From assembly GCF_009914755.1 (NCBI RefSeq), contig NC_060939.1: a stretch of 64,000 nucleotides of DNA. The stretch is one strand, 5' to 3'. Origin of the DNA: the human T2T-CHM13v2.0 reference genome, Homo sapiens. Below are positions 13,345-30,829 of the stretch, in pieces; the first letter of the stretch is position 1, and every line of letters starts with the position of its first letter. The position numbers and the translations under genes were made by a program. Under the pieces are notes generated by a model, which saw nothing but the letters and a program-made list of their open reading frames with translations, did no database searches and was not told the DNA's origin.

Positions 13345-13745
13345 AGCTGTGGGTAGGAGTTTGCCTAAGTAATAGTGGTTGTGGGTAGTAGCGGCTTGGA
13401 GTTTGCCTAAGAGGCTGCAGATCATGCCTTTTGGAGGCAACTTTCTACAGTGTTTCTGTGTCTTGTTGCAGCCTTCCTCCTAGGCTGTCTTTTCAAGGGT
13501 GATGTTATAGCAAATAGCCTTGGAAGACAGAGATGGTGTCTCCCTTCAGGCCAGAGGACATATTTGTTTCCTGTCAGGATAATATATAGTAAGTTCCCTT
13601 GGAACCCCCTTATAAGACTGAGGTTTCCTAAGCTCGGATTTACTTAGCTGTGGCACAGACCCACCGAGTGTGCGACATCACCCTGAACCACCCCGCATTG
13701 CCCTCAAGATACAGGGCAAGAGAAACTGTGCACATGAAGCTTTGA
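13345..13745 (+). mobile_element. ERVL-type LTR fragment (MER21/MER68/MER77-like)
   Basis: Motifs CCCCTTATAAGACTGAGGTTTCCTAAGCTCGG and CTGTGGCACAGACCCAC recalled from this family; subfamily uncertain. Confidence 0.5.
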
Positions 13746-14250
13746 CTTCCGGATGTTTTTTTTTCAGTCATTGCTGCTTTGAGGTGAAGGCACTACCGAC
13801 TGTGAGCCAAAGACGTTTCAAACATTCAGATAAACTTAGTCCTTTCACTATAAAGGCACTACTCTTCAGAGGTATTTGGATATTAAACCTCTTATATAAC
13901 CAGAGAATTCATTACTGTGGTCTTAGCAACACATAAAGAAATACAAACCAGGAAGTCTTCCTTGTCTCCTGGAGGCTGGCTTAGGTGTCCCTCATCCGTG
14001 CTCCCGTAATGTCTAACTTTCCAATTACATATGAACAAATCAGTAGTTAGTCTATAAACCACCTCTAGCCCCCCAGCACCAGCTGATTCAAGTTAAACCC
14101 ACAGTTCCCTGAGCTCTGCCACTTACTACATAGCTGACAAAGCAGCAGCAGGTTTCTCCTTTGTCAAGGGGAGCTAATAATGCTACCTTTCTCTAATTGT
14201 CTTAAGGGTTTGAGGAAACAATAAAAATGCTTATAAAAGTACCCAGCACA

Positions 14251-14708
<458 letters not shown>

Positions 14709-15280
14709 TTACCCACATCCCGCTGTGGGATCCCCTGGCCCCTTGCAGAGCACTGGCAAAGCAGGAGGCTCCTGGAGAGGCAGCATCTGTGGATGTTTGA
14801 GTTGTGGCCCTCCGCACACCGGTGGGGATTGCCAGAGAAAGCATGAGGCTCCTTGGTCAGCACTGAAGACAGACACTTTGTAAAGATAACCCCTTTTGTT
14901 TTTTAAAGCTTTGTATTTCTTCAATGCTAATCGATTCCTAGGAGAGGTTACATCACCTCCAACACCAACCTTCATTTAGTGCCTGCTGTTTTAGAATGAT
15001 GGACCACACACTCCAGCTGTCCCCTGGAGTGCAGGCGGCCAGTGAAGGACTCAGGGAGCACCTTGGCACTTCTCACATGATAAGGCGAGGAACGGATGCG
15101 AATCCACACCAAATGAGGTCAGCATCTGTGAGAAGCCAAGGTCTGGTTGCTCCTCCCCCGCCACTACCACCACAAGCATCCTTGCAATACTTCCTGCCGG
15201 ACCTGCCAGGCTCCACAGCACTGTGCACTGAGGGGGCCTATCAGAAACACCCTCCATGTCACTAGCTCCCCGTCACGTAG

Positions 15281-15961
<681 letters not shown>

Positions 15962-16649
15962 CCTAGGAAACTCCTTTGCTGTGGTGCCGAGACCCCAGCA
16001 AGGGACATCAGCACTGCCATCTATGCCTCACAAAACCAGCAGTGCTGGGCCCAGCCAGTGACCAGTGAAGGCTGAATGGACATCAATATTTGACCACGTG
16101 CACGCTTTCTAGGGAGGAGACGCTGTTTTAAGTGAATGCGTTAAATACCTGGTAACTTTTTAAACGCACGTTTTTGGGCGAATCCCTGACTTGGAAATAC
16201 GGGAGGCAAGAGTGCAGCGCGGAACGCCCCCCACCACCCACCTGGAACTCTGGTTCCACAGTCCCTCCACCTGGTGATAATGTGAGCTCCACGCCCTGGC
16301 AACTGTGGAGGAAAACCCCCTTGGGCCTTCCAGGCGTCGGAGTCAGGGCAGTGAGCCTCTGCTTTCTCCCAACCCCCGAAATGTAAGCTCAGGTGTCCCC
16401 CACCACCGCAGCTGAAGAACATTTGCTCAGCAAATAAGGCAAGCTTTCTAGAGTCACCTTTCTTTTTGGTGTTAAGCAATTCCTCACTGTTTTTGTCATT
16501 CTCCTTTTCCCAGTATTCTTAGTTTATTCCCAGGTGTAAGCATACAATAAACTGGCAGGCTTGAGTTTCCTGTGGCTTTTCTCGCATGGCTGGTGCTCAC
16601 CCCACTAACTGCACAGCAGCAAGCAGAGTTTCTGTGGGAATGCCACGCT

Positions 16650-16827
16650 GGGCTGAACTCTTTGTGTCAGAAGTTGATCATGTTTACATCTTCACCCCAA
16701 AGTGGTAATTTTAGAAGTGGGCTTTTAGGAGGTGATTAGGTCATGAGGGTGGAGCCCACCTGAATAGCATTAGCATTCTTATTAAATAAACCCCAAGAAG
16801 CTCCTTCCCACCTACCACCACTGAGGA
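16650..16827 (+). mobile_element. MaLR (MLT1A/MSTC-like) LTR 5' fragment
   Basis: GGAGGTGATTAGGTCATGAGGGTGGAGCCC motif. Confidence 0.65.
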
Positions 16828-17377
16828 TGTCCAGAGTTGGTTCCTTCCGGGGGTTCTTGGTCGGGCTGACTTAAAGACTGAAGCTGCGGACCTTCACGCT
16901 GTCACAGCTTTTAAAGGCTGCATGGACCCAAAGAGTGAGCAGCAGTAAGAGTTACTGTGAAGAGTGAAACAACAAACCTTCCACAAAATAGAAGGTAACC
17001 CCAGCAGGTCGCTGTTGCTGGGTGGAGGTGGCCAGCTTTTATTCCCTTATTTGTCCCCGCCCATGTCCTGCTGATTGGTCCATTTTACAGAGTGCCGATT
17101 GGTCCATTTTACAGTGTGCTGATTGGTCCATTTTACAGAGCACTGACTGGTCCATTTTACAAACCTCTAGCTAGCCACAGAGAGCTGATCGGTGTGTTTT
17201 TACAGAGTGCTGATTGGCACATTTTACAAACCTCCAGCTAGCCACAGAGCACTGATTGGTGCGTTTTACAATCCTAGCTACAGAGTGCTGATTAGTGCAT
17301 TTTACAATCCTCTTGTAAGACAGAAAAGGTCTCCAAGTCCCCACCTGGCCCAGAAATCCAGCTGGCTTCACCTCTCA
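16828..17377 (-). mobile_element. LTR12 (ERV9) solo LTR
   Basis: Minus strand starts TGAGAGGTGAAGCCAGCTGG and ends GGACA; tandem GCTGATTGGTCCATTTTACAGA repeats typical of LTR12 U3. Confidence 0.92.
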
Positions 17378-18688
17378 ACTTCACACCATCTTTGAAGATG
17401 ATTGCCAGCTAGAGCTACTGCTTGAATTCTGCTCACTTCTCACAGCCAGGGTGACAGCCCGAGCTGTCGTTGGGAGGCTGAGTATCATGGGGCACACTGT
17501 GGCCAGGCGATGCCACCTCACTGCCCTTTGCTCTCCAGAGAACTGCCGACTTCCAAACAGGAGCTGTGTCCTCTCTGACCAGGGCCAGTGACTGACATGG
17601 GTGCAGAAGCTACCCCAGCAGGGTCCTTCACATGGCTCCCATGGGACTGGACAGAAGCCAGTTTGAGCGTAGACCACTCCCATTCCCCTTTACCTGAGAA
17701 CATCCCCACTAAATCGGTTGAACCTGAATACCTGCTTCAGGATCTGCTTCTAGGGCACCCAGCTCAAGACAAGGGCAAGATTATTTTTAAAGGAAAGCAA
17801 TCTGGATGTGTTATGAGATTTTCTTTCATTTGTTTTGTGGCTGTTTTTCTGAGTCATGTTAACTAATTCTGCAATGTGGGCAACTGGAAAATAAAGGCTG
17901 TGATTTTCAGCAGCACCGTGCCATTGTTTCAAAAATTATATTCCTAGCCTTTAATATTCACTGACAAACAGAAGCTAATATGCTTTCCTGTTAACACAGC
18001 ACTGATGTAATGACATTCTCTTTGAAAAAAGTCATCCACACTAGATAATCATGTGTAAGTCAAATTAAAATGGGATGCATGTATCACATTATACTTACAC
18101 AACAGTAACATCTTAAACGTTTAAAGCAAGGGAAAAATATTGCATCAAACTAGTTCAGATGGCATGGTTTGACCTTATATTCTGGTTTGAAAGATTTCAT
18201 TTCTATAATGGAAAACCCCAATGTTAATATTTGTCTTGAAGAAATACATTAAGTAATTCACCCATTATCCAATTACCAACAGCAGTGAGAAGAACCTGAC
18301 ACCTGTCAGTCAGAAGGTAATGAGGACGCAGAGCCATTCATGTATCCAGGCCATGGTGATATGTACACATTCCTCTTCCCACTTACAATTCCATATTCAG
18401 AGAAATAAATCGGAAGGGAGACCAGACAAAGGCAAGGGAAAACTCCCACAGGTGGCTGAAGACACCAGTTTAGGCACGACTCCACACACCACCACCCACC
18501 TTACCAGTTTTCCCCCTTTTCCCCAAGTGGGGGTTTTTCTTTTTTTCCTACCCTTTTGTTCAAAGCTTAAAAAATGACTTGCTTTTATAAAAAAATTCTG
18601 AATGGTAAGGTCAGGTGGAGAAAAAAAGGGTTGTAGATTCACACAGGCACTGGATAGGTGCAGGGAAAGATGACCTTTAAATTCCCTG

Positions 18689-19029
<341 letters not shown>

Positions 19030-20839
19030 TTATGCCTCTCTAAATGGTTACCTCTCTATACACGCTTATTCTTAGTCATTTTCAGTAGTCATTAAACAAA
19101 TTATTAAATAGAAATTTCATTCATTATTCATTGAAAACATGAAATAAACATGAAGTGTTTAATATGATGGTAAAAAAATGCCAAGGACTTTTTTAAATTA
19201 ATGACATATTTATATATCATACAAAACCTGAAGAGAATTAGTATTGGTTCAGTTAAGAGGTAATTATTTTTGTTTAAAAACTAGAGTTTGCATTAAGAAA
19301 AGCAGCTAAATTCTTTTCTAACAAGGAGATTTACAGATATTTTTAAACAACCATAAATAAAAATAATTATTAATATATGTTGTTTAATGAGATACTATAT
19401 ATGAAAATTCAATACACAGAGCCCTTTATTATCCTTTGTAGGGTTGCTTAGATGGCAACCAAAGTAGCAACGTATATCTTTCCTCCTGGGATAAGAGTTG
19501 TAGCGTGTAACAATCCAAATAGAACCTTTCCCTAGCAGCGTGAAATGCCTGAAATAATAAATCATGCAGATACAAGTTAATGATCTTGATTTATTTAACA
19601 TCAGAGTGTGAAATCAGGAGCCCCTGATAATCTGAGCGCACATAACATGTTACTTTAAAGAGGGAAACCACCACGGGCATTCGGCTTCTGTAATCCACCC
19701 TCTGTTGGAAACAGATTACAGCACCACTCAGAAAACTGACATCAGAAGCCAAGGACTGCCCTTGCCTCTGTGTGGCCGCTGCAGTGCCACTACACAGCCA
19801 CCCTCCCAGGTAGTCGGCTACACACACTCCGACCCCCACCTCCAGGCCAAGCCCAAGTACCATCCTCTCCTCTGTTCAGTCTTGGATTCTGTAAGGCTGA
19901 TTTAGACGTCTCCTCCTGTTCTCTACTGCACTTCCCACGAGACACATTTCTTTCTATATTATCACGTTTTGCATGTCTCTTTTCCTAGGGAGATTCTGGG
20001 GTTCCTAAGGTCAACAAACGTATTTTTTCATTTACATGTGCCCAGCAGCATGTCTGTTGTATACGGGCACTCACTGACAGCTGGAGAAATGAATAACAAA
20101 CCTACAGCCGAACAAAGATTTCTTGACAAAGTTCTCCTTGATGTCTTCTGCAGAGCAGGAATGCTGTTATTTTGACTCTTCACGCTTCTGCTGAACTAGA
20201 GTAAACAAAGATCTTGTTCATTCCAATAAACTACTTAATTAAGAAGAGTTGTTGAAATGTCAATAAATATTCAAAAGAGAGGCTTTCTGGAGATAATTTG
20301 AAATTCAAATTATCTGGCTGTGATAAACGAGAGCTGATGGTAGAGATATTATTAGTCATTCATCTGCATGTGCTTATTAGTCCCATGGCAGTACTTAGCG
20401 CCATGTAGAGAGAGGAAAGCGTGGATAGAAAGGCTCTTGTGAAGCTCATTCAGCCAATGGGCAGGAGAGGAAGGAAGTCTGACTGCTGCGCTTCTAACGC
20501 AGTCTATTCACCACAAGCTTCCAGAAACCGATTAGAAGATGTGCGTGCACTCAGGACTTGGCAAAATGATGTGAAATGAAACATCCTGTGATGGATAGGG
20601 CCAACACTCTAGGATCAGTGTCAGCTGAAAGCCCACGTTGATCATTGCATCTTACATCAGCTGTTGTCTTCAACCAAATTGTAACCTAAATACCAATTTG
20701 GGAACTAATTATGGAAAAAATAAATGTCAGTGGCCTGTATAATTGGGCCTTCCCATTTTTCCACTGCCCCATGCTTTATAGTATACTGATGATCTTGATG
20801 CATTTCCATAAAGGAGGGAAGAGGAAGGGTGGGGTAGGG

Positions 20840-20995
20840 AATATCTAGTACCTAATATAGTCCAAGCACTTCAGTGATCTCCTCTTGATACGAGGCGGGG
20901 ATTACCATTCTGTACCAGAGGCAACTGAAGCTCAGTAAGGCTGATTAACTTACCCAGGGTAACACAGCTAGGAAGTGACATTAAACCCAGTTTTC
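20840..20995 (-). mobile_element. MIR fragment
   Basis: GAGGCAACTGAAGCTCAG...TAACTTACCCAGGGTAACACAGCTAGGAAGTG. Confidence 0.65.
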
Positions 20996-22120
20996 TTAGG
21001 GTTCATCAAAGGTTCTTAAATGTAATTTTAGTAACATCTTTTTAAAGAAAAGTTGGGCAAATTTGGTTCTTTGTTTTTATATACACACATTATTTACCTT
21101 CTTTTCCAATGCACTTGCAAATAAATTCTACCCATGAATGAGTTCCTTCAATTTCCAAGAATGTTATTGTAAGCTATTATTTACAATGTTTATAATTATT
21201 TAAATTATAATAGTTATTTTACATTTATAAGTTTGAAGATACAAATGTATTGGTTTACTCAGTGTAGTGCACAATTAAAAATGTCACCTCATTAAACATC
21301 GACACCTCCTCTGGCTACTAAATAGTTCCTCATGTATTATTTACATTCCTTGACAGAAGTGAGGGCACTGCCAACCCCTCCAAGTGAATTACGAATTGAA
21401 TCTAAAGTAAACACCTCTGGCTGCTAAATTTCCTCAACACACCATCAATTGTGCTAATATTCAAAATCAGGCAATAGTATGGGCTGCAGATTAAATTACC
21501 TTGCTAACTGCACTCTGATTGTTTTTGGCTCTCATGCCTTTGTAATAAAGAGATTTTACTCCCAAATATCATCACTCATCAAAACTTTCCTTAATATACA
21601 TTTCTATTTCATAATAACAAGACAAGGTATAAAAAGGAGACCATCCTTGAACTTTTAATTGATCTGCATATGCTTTTCTTTACTTGCTTTTTTGATGTTG
21701 ACACTTCAGTAACTTAATTGTCTTGTCTTTCACGGAGAAGCCAAACTTCATCTATCTTCCTATTTCTTCAGTGCTGCCTTAAATCAGGTGCTTTCTTGAA
21801 GCTTATGCTTGGTTCTCTGTAGTTTATACAATCTTTATATTTGATATTTGGTTATAATGATTACATTGCCACTCAGAACCCTTAATATAGAATTTTGATA
21901 TTATTTTTGTATTTTTAATTAAATATTATCTCTCCTATCCTTCCTTCACTCTATGCTCAGAATTAAGTCATTTTAGAATTTCATTGAACATTGCATTTTT
22001 ATAGCAACCTTGATAAAATATTTATTTTGTTAACATTGCAAAGATTGCTGATGTCCACTTACAAATGTTCCTCTTTTGTTTGATAGCAATAGTACTACTG
22101 GAATAAAGATTATATTTACT

Positions 22121-22750
<630 letters not shown>

Positions 22751-22759
22751 CCAAATTTT

Positions 22760-25410
22760 TAACAGCTTTGTTAAGATATATTATAAAATTCATCAATTTA
22801 ATGTGTACATTTCAACTTTTAAAATATATTCACAAATATGTGCAACCATAACAACAGTCAGCCCTGAGGAACCATTAATCAATCTGCTTTCTTTCTCTAC
22901 AGATGTCCCCATTCTGGACTTCCAAATGAGTGTAATCATATACTATATGGTCTTTTGTATCTGGCTTCTTTCACTTGTCATGTTTTCTAGGTTCATTCAT
23001 GTTGAAGCATGTATCAGTACTTCACTCCTTTTTATGGCCAAATAATATTCCATTCTATGGCTATATTCCTTTTATCTATTCATCGATGGACATTTGGGTT
23101 ATTTTCACCTTTGGTCTATTAATGACTAATGCTGCTATATATATTTATGTACAAGTTTTTGTGTGGGCAAATGTTTTCATATTTCTTTTTTTTTTTTTTT
23201 TGAGACGGAGTCTCGCTTTTTCTCCCAGGCTGGACTGCAGTGGCGCTATCTCGGCTCAGTGCAAGCTCCGCCTCCCAGGTTCACGCCATTCTCCTGCCTC
23301 AGCCTCCTGAGTAGCTGGGACTACAGGTGCCCGCCACTGCGCCCGGCTAATGTTTTGTATTTTTAGTAGAGACAGGGTTTCACCGTGTTAGCCAGGATGG
23401 TCTTGATCTCCTGACCTCGTGATCCGCCAGCCTTGGCCTCCCAAAGTGCTGGGATTACAGGCGTGAGCCACCAAGCCCAGCCCATGTTTTCATATTTCTT
23501 GGGCATATACCTATGAGTAGAATTGCTGCATCAAATTTTAATTCTCTGTTTAACCACTTGAGAAACTGCCAGACTGCTTTCCAAAGTGGCTGCACCATTT
23601 TACATTCCTACCAGTAGTGTACATGAGTTCCGATTTCCCCACATCCTTGCCAGCACTTGCTATCTGACTTTTTGGTTCTAACTATCCTAGTGCATACGAA
23701 GTGGTATTTCATCATGGTTTTAGTTTGCATTTCTCCAATGACTAATGATATTGAGCAACTTTTCAAGTGCTTATTGGCCATTTGTATTTCTCTGTGGTAG
23801 AAGAGTCTATTGAAATCCTTTGCCCATTTTTAAATTAGTTCATTTGTGTTCTTATTATGGAGTTATGACAGTTCTTTATATATTCCAGATATGAGTACTT
23901 TTAGATACAGTATTTGCAGATGTTTTCTTCCATTCTGTGGGTTGTCTATTCACTTTCTTGCTGATGTTGAGTCACAAGAGTTTTAAACTTTAATACTGCA
24001 ATTTATCTAATTTTGTTGTGCTTTTGGTGTCATATCTAAAAATCCTTCAAATACAAGGTTGTAAATATTTATCCTATGTTTCTGCTAAGAGTTGTACAGC
24101 TTTAACTCTTATGTTTAGATCTTTGGTCTATTTTTGGTTAATTTTGGCATATGGTGTGAGGTAAGGGTCCATTTTCATTCTTTTTCATGACAATTCAACT
24201 GTTCTCACACCACTTACTGAAAAGACCATTCTAATTTTTCTGATTTTATTTTCTGAATTGTTTGTTGCATATATAGAGAAATAGAATTAATTTTTTTGTG
24301 TTGATCTTGTATCCTATAACCCTGCTGAACTAATTACTAGTTCTATTAATTTTTTAGTGAATTCATTAGGATTCTGGGCATATGATCATGCCATCTGCAA
24401 ATAAAGTTGCTTTGCTTCTTCTTTTCCAAGCTGGATGCCTTTTATTTTTCACTTGGCTAATTGTCCTGGCTAAAACCTCCTTTACAGTGTTGAATACATG
24501 TAGCAAAAGAAGACATCATAGAATTGCTCCTGATATTAGGGGAAAAGCACCTGCTCTTTTATCATTTAGTCTAATGTTAGCTGTGGGATTTTGTAGATAT
24601 CATTTGTCAGGTTGAGGGATTTTCCTTCTTTTTCAGTTTATTGAGTTTTTTTAATATCATGAATAAGTGTTGGATTTTGTCAAATACTTTTTATTCATTT
24701 GAGATAATCGTGATTTTTTAATTATATTGATATGATCTATTGCATTAATTTATTTGTGGGTGTTAAACCAACCTTTGATTTCTGAGATAAATCCCACTTG
24801 GTCATGGTGCATATTTTTTTAATATGTTGCATGGCTTGGTTTGTTAAAATTTTCTTGAGGAATTTTGAATCTATATTCATAAAATATATTGGTCTAAAGT
24901 TTTCTTTTCTTATAATATTTTTCATTTTGGTATCAGGGTAATACTGAAATCATACAATGATTTGGGAAGATTTTCTCCTCTTCTACTTTTTGGAAATGTT
25001 GGTGACATTTTGATATTACTTTTTCTTTAAATGTTTGGTGGAATTCAGCAATGATATACCATCTGGGCCTGGGACTTTTTGTGGGTAAGTTTTAAAAGTA
25101 ATTATACAATCTCTTTGCTTGTTATAGGTTTATTCAGATTGTCTGTTTCTTCTTGAGTCCCTTTGGCAGTTTGCTTGTAACAATTTGTCCATTTCATCTA
25201 AGTTATCTCATTTTTTAGTGTGCAATTATTCATGGTTTTCCTTTATAATTCTTTTATTTCTGTAAAATAAATAGTAACATCTCCTATTTCGCTTCTGATT
25301 CTAGTCATTTAACTAGTCTCTCTTTTTTTCTTGATAAATTTTCCTAAAGTTTTGTCAATTTTGTTGATCTTTTCATGGACCACTTTTTGGTTCTGTTGAT
25401 TTCCCGCATT
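22760..25410 (-). mobile_element. LINE-1 (L1MA/L1MB-like) 3' portion
   Basis: T-rich strand; minus translation KENFRPIYFMNIDSKFLKKILTN resembles ORF2 RT; L1 3'UTR-like sequence toward 22800. Confidence 0.85.
23188..23483 (-). mobile_element. AluY
   Basis: AluY diagnostics; 17-bp TSD ATGTTTTCATATTTCTT (23171-23187, 23484-23500). Confidence 0.95.
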
Positions 25411-26170
25411 CATACTTAATTATTACTAGTAGAGACAATCAGCTTCATTTAATTATTTGTAATTGCAAGAGACATACTCAGAGTGAAATCTGATGCTCTG
25501 TGAGCTATCTCCACAAATAACCATTTGTGTCTTTAATGGATGGGGCAGGAAGCAGGACTTTGTCTATCAAAGATGCAAGGCTCTAAAATTTGTTTCCCTT
25601 TAGTTCATGTTTACTTATTATTTGGAGAAATAATACCATTTTTTTCTGTGAAGGTAATGTATACAAGGCGTGTAAATCACTCAACAGAGTAGATCCCACA
25701 AAAACAGCTTTTTTTCTCTTTCCATTGTGAGGTTTATTCTTTTGTGAGAGAGGGATTACCGATGGAATGAGTCCAGCACTGACTCCTGTGCTTTCAGGTC
25801 AGTAAGATAATTTCATTTTCAAAGCACTGATACTAAATTGTTTTGACTTGGGTTATTTTAAAATGTAAAATTGGAATTTTGATTCTAAATCTTGCTTTTA
25901 AGCTTATCTTCTAAAGGAACTTTTGACTGCCCTAAAGGAGCTACCAGCTTTAGTTGAGTAAAACTATGGCCAGATACAGATTTGATGGAAAAAGACCATT
26001 CTAACTCAATGTGGTATGGGGGAAATTTTTAGTGTGCTCAGTCCACAGTAGTGAAAATAATAATAATTATTCAAAGAGAAAATCCTTTTGGGACTTAAGA
26101 CTGGAATGTGATTTTACCTAAAACGTTGGATTCTGAACGATTTGCTTCTAATTACAGGTTCATCTAAATA

Positions 26171-26392
26171 TAGGATCTGAAAATTTTTTTCTATAAATGC
26201 CAGAAAGTGAATATTTTAGGTTTTACAGGCCACACAATCTCTGTAACAAGTACTCAATTTTGCCATTGTAGCATAAAGGCAGCTATAGACAAATACATAA
26301 ATAAGTGAGTAGGGCTGTGTTCCAATAAAACGTTATTTTCAAAAACTGATACTGCTGGACTTGGCTCACTGGCTGTAGTTTGCCAAACCCTA
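26171..26392 (+). mobile_element. MER58A-like hAT-Charlie DNA transposon
   Basis: GGGCTGTGTTCCAATAAAAC...GGCTGTAGTTTGCCAAACCCT, ~220 bp. Confidence 0.8.
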
Positions 26393-27532
26393 ATTTATCG
26401 AAATATACAACCAACGTAAACATATCAATAAGTCTTCTGGCTTATCCTCAGAAGATGTCTCTTTCTAATTTTCTAAAGAATATATCCAAAACAACCCCAA
26501 ACAAACATGTAAAATTAATAGTTTCATTCTCTACCCTTGAATTATGTTTTCCAAAAGTCTCAAATCAATTTGGCAGACCCAGCACAAGTACTTGGGTCCC
26601 CTCCTTCATAATACCTCATTAAACTGAGATTATTAAAAGAAATATGCACATCACAGTGAAGTTAACCATCAGCGGCCAACTGATTTCCACTAAACCTTTA
26701 GAGTAGAAAAGTGGATGGTAACCTGTTGATGACTAACATGAATAAAATACTCCCAGAACATAAAACAGAGCATTGCAGCCAAGAAGAAAACTGACTCAGT
26801 CCAAGTATGAAGGTAAAGAATGTTAGCAGAATGAGAAAGAGGTGTCCAAAAAGCTGAGAAGCAATTGGAGACCTTTGTTTGGAACTATCAGTCCCATTGG
26901 GTCTCCAAACTCACCACCATCCTGTCCTCTTCCCTCCAACCCATGCACGATGTATTTTATTATCGGGATGAAAGAAGCAAACAAATAGATAAACAACAAC
27001 AATAACAACAAAATCTTCAGACATTTTAAATAAAGACATTTAAATATAATTACCAATGAAGAACTAGCCTTCTAAAGAGGGCTTAAGGAGCCCAGAAAAG
27101 AAAGGCCTTTTTTATTCTGAGAGGGGGGGCACCCCACCACTTGGGTTAGCTTTCTGCTTACTAACCCTAAAATAAAACATGTCTGCTGAAATCCCAGAAA
27201 CATATCCAGACCTTTTATTTACTCTTAGTAGATTGTAAAAGATAACCACACGAGATATGATAAAGATAACTACATGTGCTAACAAAAAATGAGAAAACTA
27301 CCACAAAAATTCAAACCAGTATGCACTTTAAAATATGAATGGATCACAAAAGGTCATCATTCAGTCTTAGAATGAAAACCACTGACAGGAGGGGAATAAA
27401 AGACCACAGTAAATTAAATAAAAGATAAAAAATAGCATTAAAAATAAATACTTTGTGGATAAAAAAAGTCATTACTATTCTTGGAGAGAGGTAAGGAAAT
27501 ATAGACTATATAAATCAATAATAGGATGGCAT

Positions 27533-27815
27533 CACTTTAGGAGGCCAAGAAAGGAAGATCACTTGAGGCTAGGAGTTTGAGACCAGCCTGAGCAACATAG
27601 CAAGACCCCATTTCTGCAAAAAAAAAAAAAAGAAAAAAATTAGCCAGGCATGGTGGCACACCCCTGTCATCTCAGCTACTCAGGAGGCTTAAGTGGGAAA
27701 GTCACTTGAGCCCAGGAGTTCGAGGTTAGACAGTGAGCTCTGGTCACACCACTGCACTCCAGCCAGGACAACAGAGTGAGACACTGCCTCTATAAAAAAA
27801 GCAAACAAACAAAAA
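27533..27815 (+). mobile_element. AluJ, 5'-truncated
   Basis: GAGCAACATAGCAAGACCCC and TTGAGCCCAGGAGTTCGAGG. Confidence 0.88.
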
Positions 27816-27849
27816 CCCACAAAGGGCCACAAAGGATAGGATGATATAA

Positions 27850-29484
<1,635 letters not shown>

Positions 29485-30829
29485 GATTCTTGGGCAAGAT
29501 GGCTGAATAGAAACAGCTCTGGTCTGCGGCTCCCAGCGAGACCAACGCAGAAAGCGGGTGATTTCTGCATTTCCAACTGAGGTACCTGGTTCATCTCATT
29601 GGGACTGGTTAGACAGTGGGTGCAGTCCATACAGGGCAAGCAGAAACAGGGTGGGGCATCACCTCACCCGGGAAGTGCAAGGGGTCGGGGAAGTTTCTCC
29701 CCTAGCCAAGGGAAGCCATGAGGAACCGTGCCTGTTGCAAAGGATGGTGCTATCTGGCCCAGATACTAACTATGCTTTTCCCACAGTCTTCGCAACCCAC
29801 AGAGCAGGAGATGCCCTCGGGTGCTTACACCTCCAGGGCCCTGGGTGTCAAGCACAAAACTGGGCAGCCGTTTGGGCAGACACCAAGCTAGCTGCAGGAG
29901 TTTATTTTCATACCCCAGTGGCACCTGGAACACCAGTGAGACAGAACGGTTTGCTCCCCTGGAAAGCAGGCTGAAGCCAGGGAGCCAAGTGGTTTTGCTC
30001 AGCAGATCCCACCCCCAAGGAGCCCAGCAAGCTAAGATCCACTGGCTTGAAATTCTTGCGCTAGCACAGCACTCTGAAGTTGACCTAGGATGCTCCTGTT
30101 TGGTGGGGGGAGGGGCATCTGCCATTACTGAGGCTTGAGTAAGCTGTTTTCCCCTTACAGTGTAAACAAAGCCGCTGGGCAATTTGGACTGGGCAGAGCC
30201 CACGGCAGTGCCTCAACGCTGCTGTAGTCAGACTGCCTCTATAGATTCCTCCTCTCTGGGCATGACATCTCTGAAAGAAAGGCAGCAGCCCCAGTCAGGG
30301 GCTTATAAAACTCCCATCTCCCTGGGACAGAGCACCTGAGGGAAGGGGTGGCTGTGGGCACAGCTTCAGCAGACTTAAACGTTCCTGCCTGCTGGCTCTG
30401 AAGAGAGCAGCGGATCTCCCAGCACAGTGCTTGAGCTCTGCTAAGGAACAGACTGCCTTCTCAAGTGGGTTGCTGACCCCTGTGCCTCCTAATGGGGAGA
30501 CACCTCCCAGCAGGGGTTGACAGACACCTCATACAGGAGAGCTCTGGCTGGCATCTGGAGGCTTCCCTTCTGGGATGAAGCTTCCAGAGGAAGGAACAGG
30601 CAGCAATCTTTGCTGTTCTGCAGCCTCTGCTGGTGATAGCAGGGCAAACAGCGTCTGGAGTGGACCCCCAGCAAACTTCAGCGGAACTGCAGAAGAGGGG
30701 CCTGACTGTTAGAAGGAAAACTAACGAACAGAAAGCAGTAACATCAACATCAACAAAAAGGACGACCATGCAAAAACTGCATCCAAAGATCACCAACAGA
30801 AAAGACCAAAGGTAGATAAATCCACAAAG

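Noticed and set aside
14856-14876. RE1/NRSE-like motif GTCAGCACTGAAGACAGACAC
   Set aside because: Mismatches at core positions of TTCAGCACCACGGACAGCGCC; not supportable without ChIP data
21302-21436. Imperfect ~25-bp direct repeat CCTCTGGCT(A/G)CTAAAT..TTCCTCA
   Set aside because: Only two short, degenerate copies; could be chance
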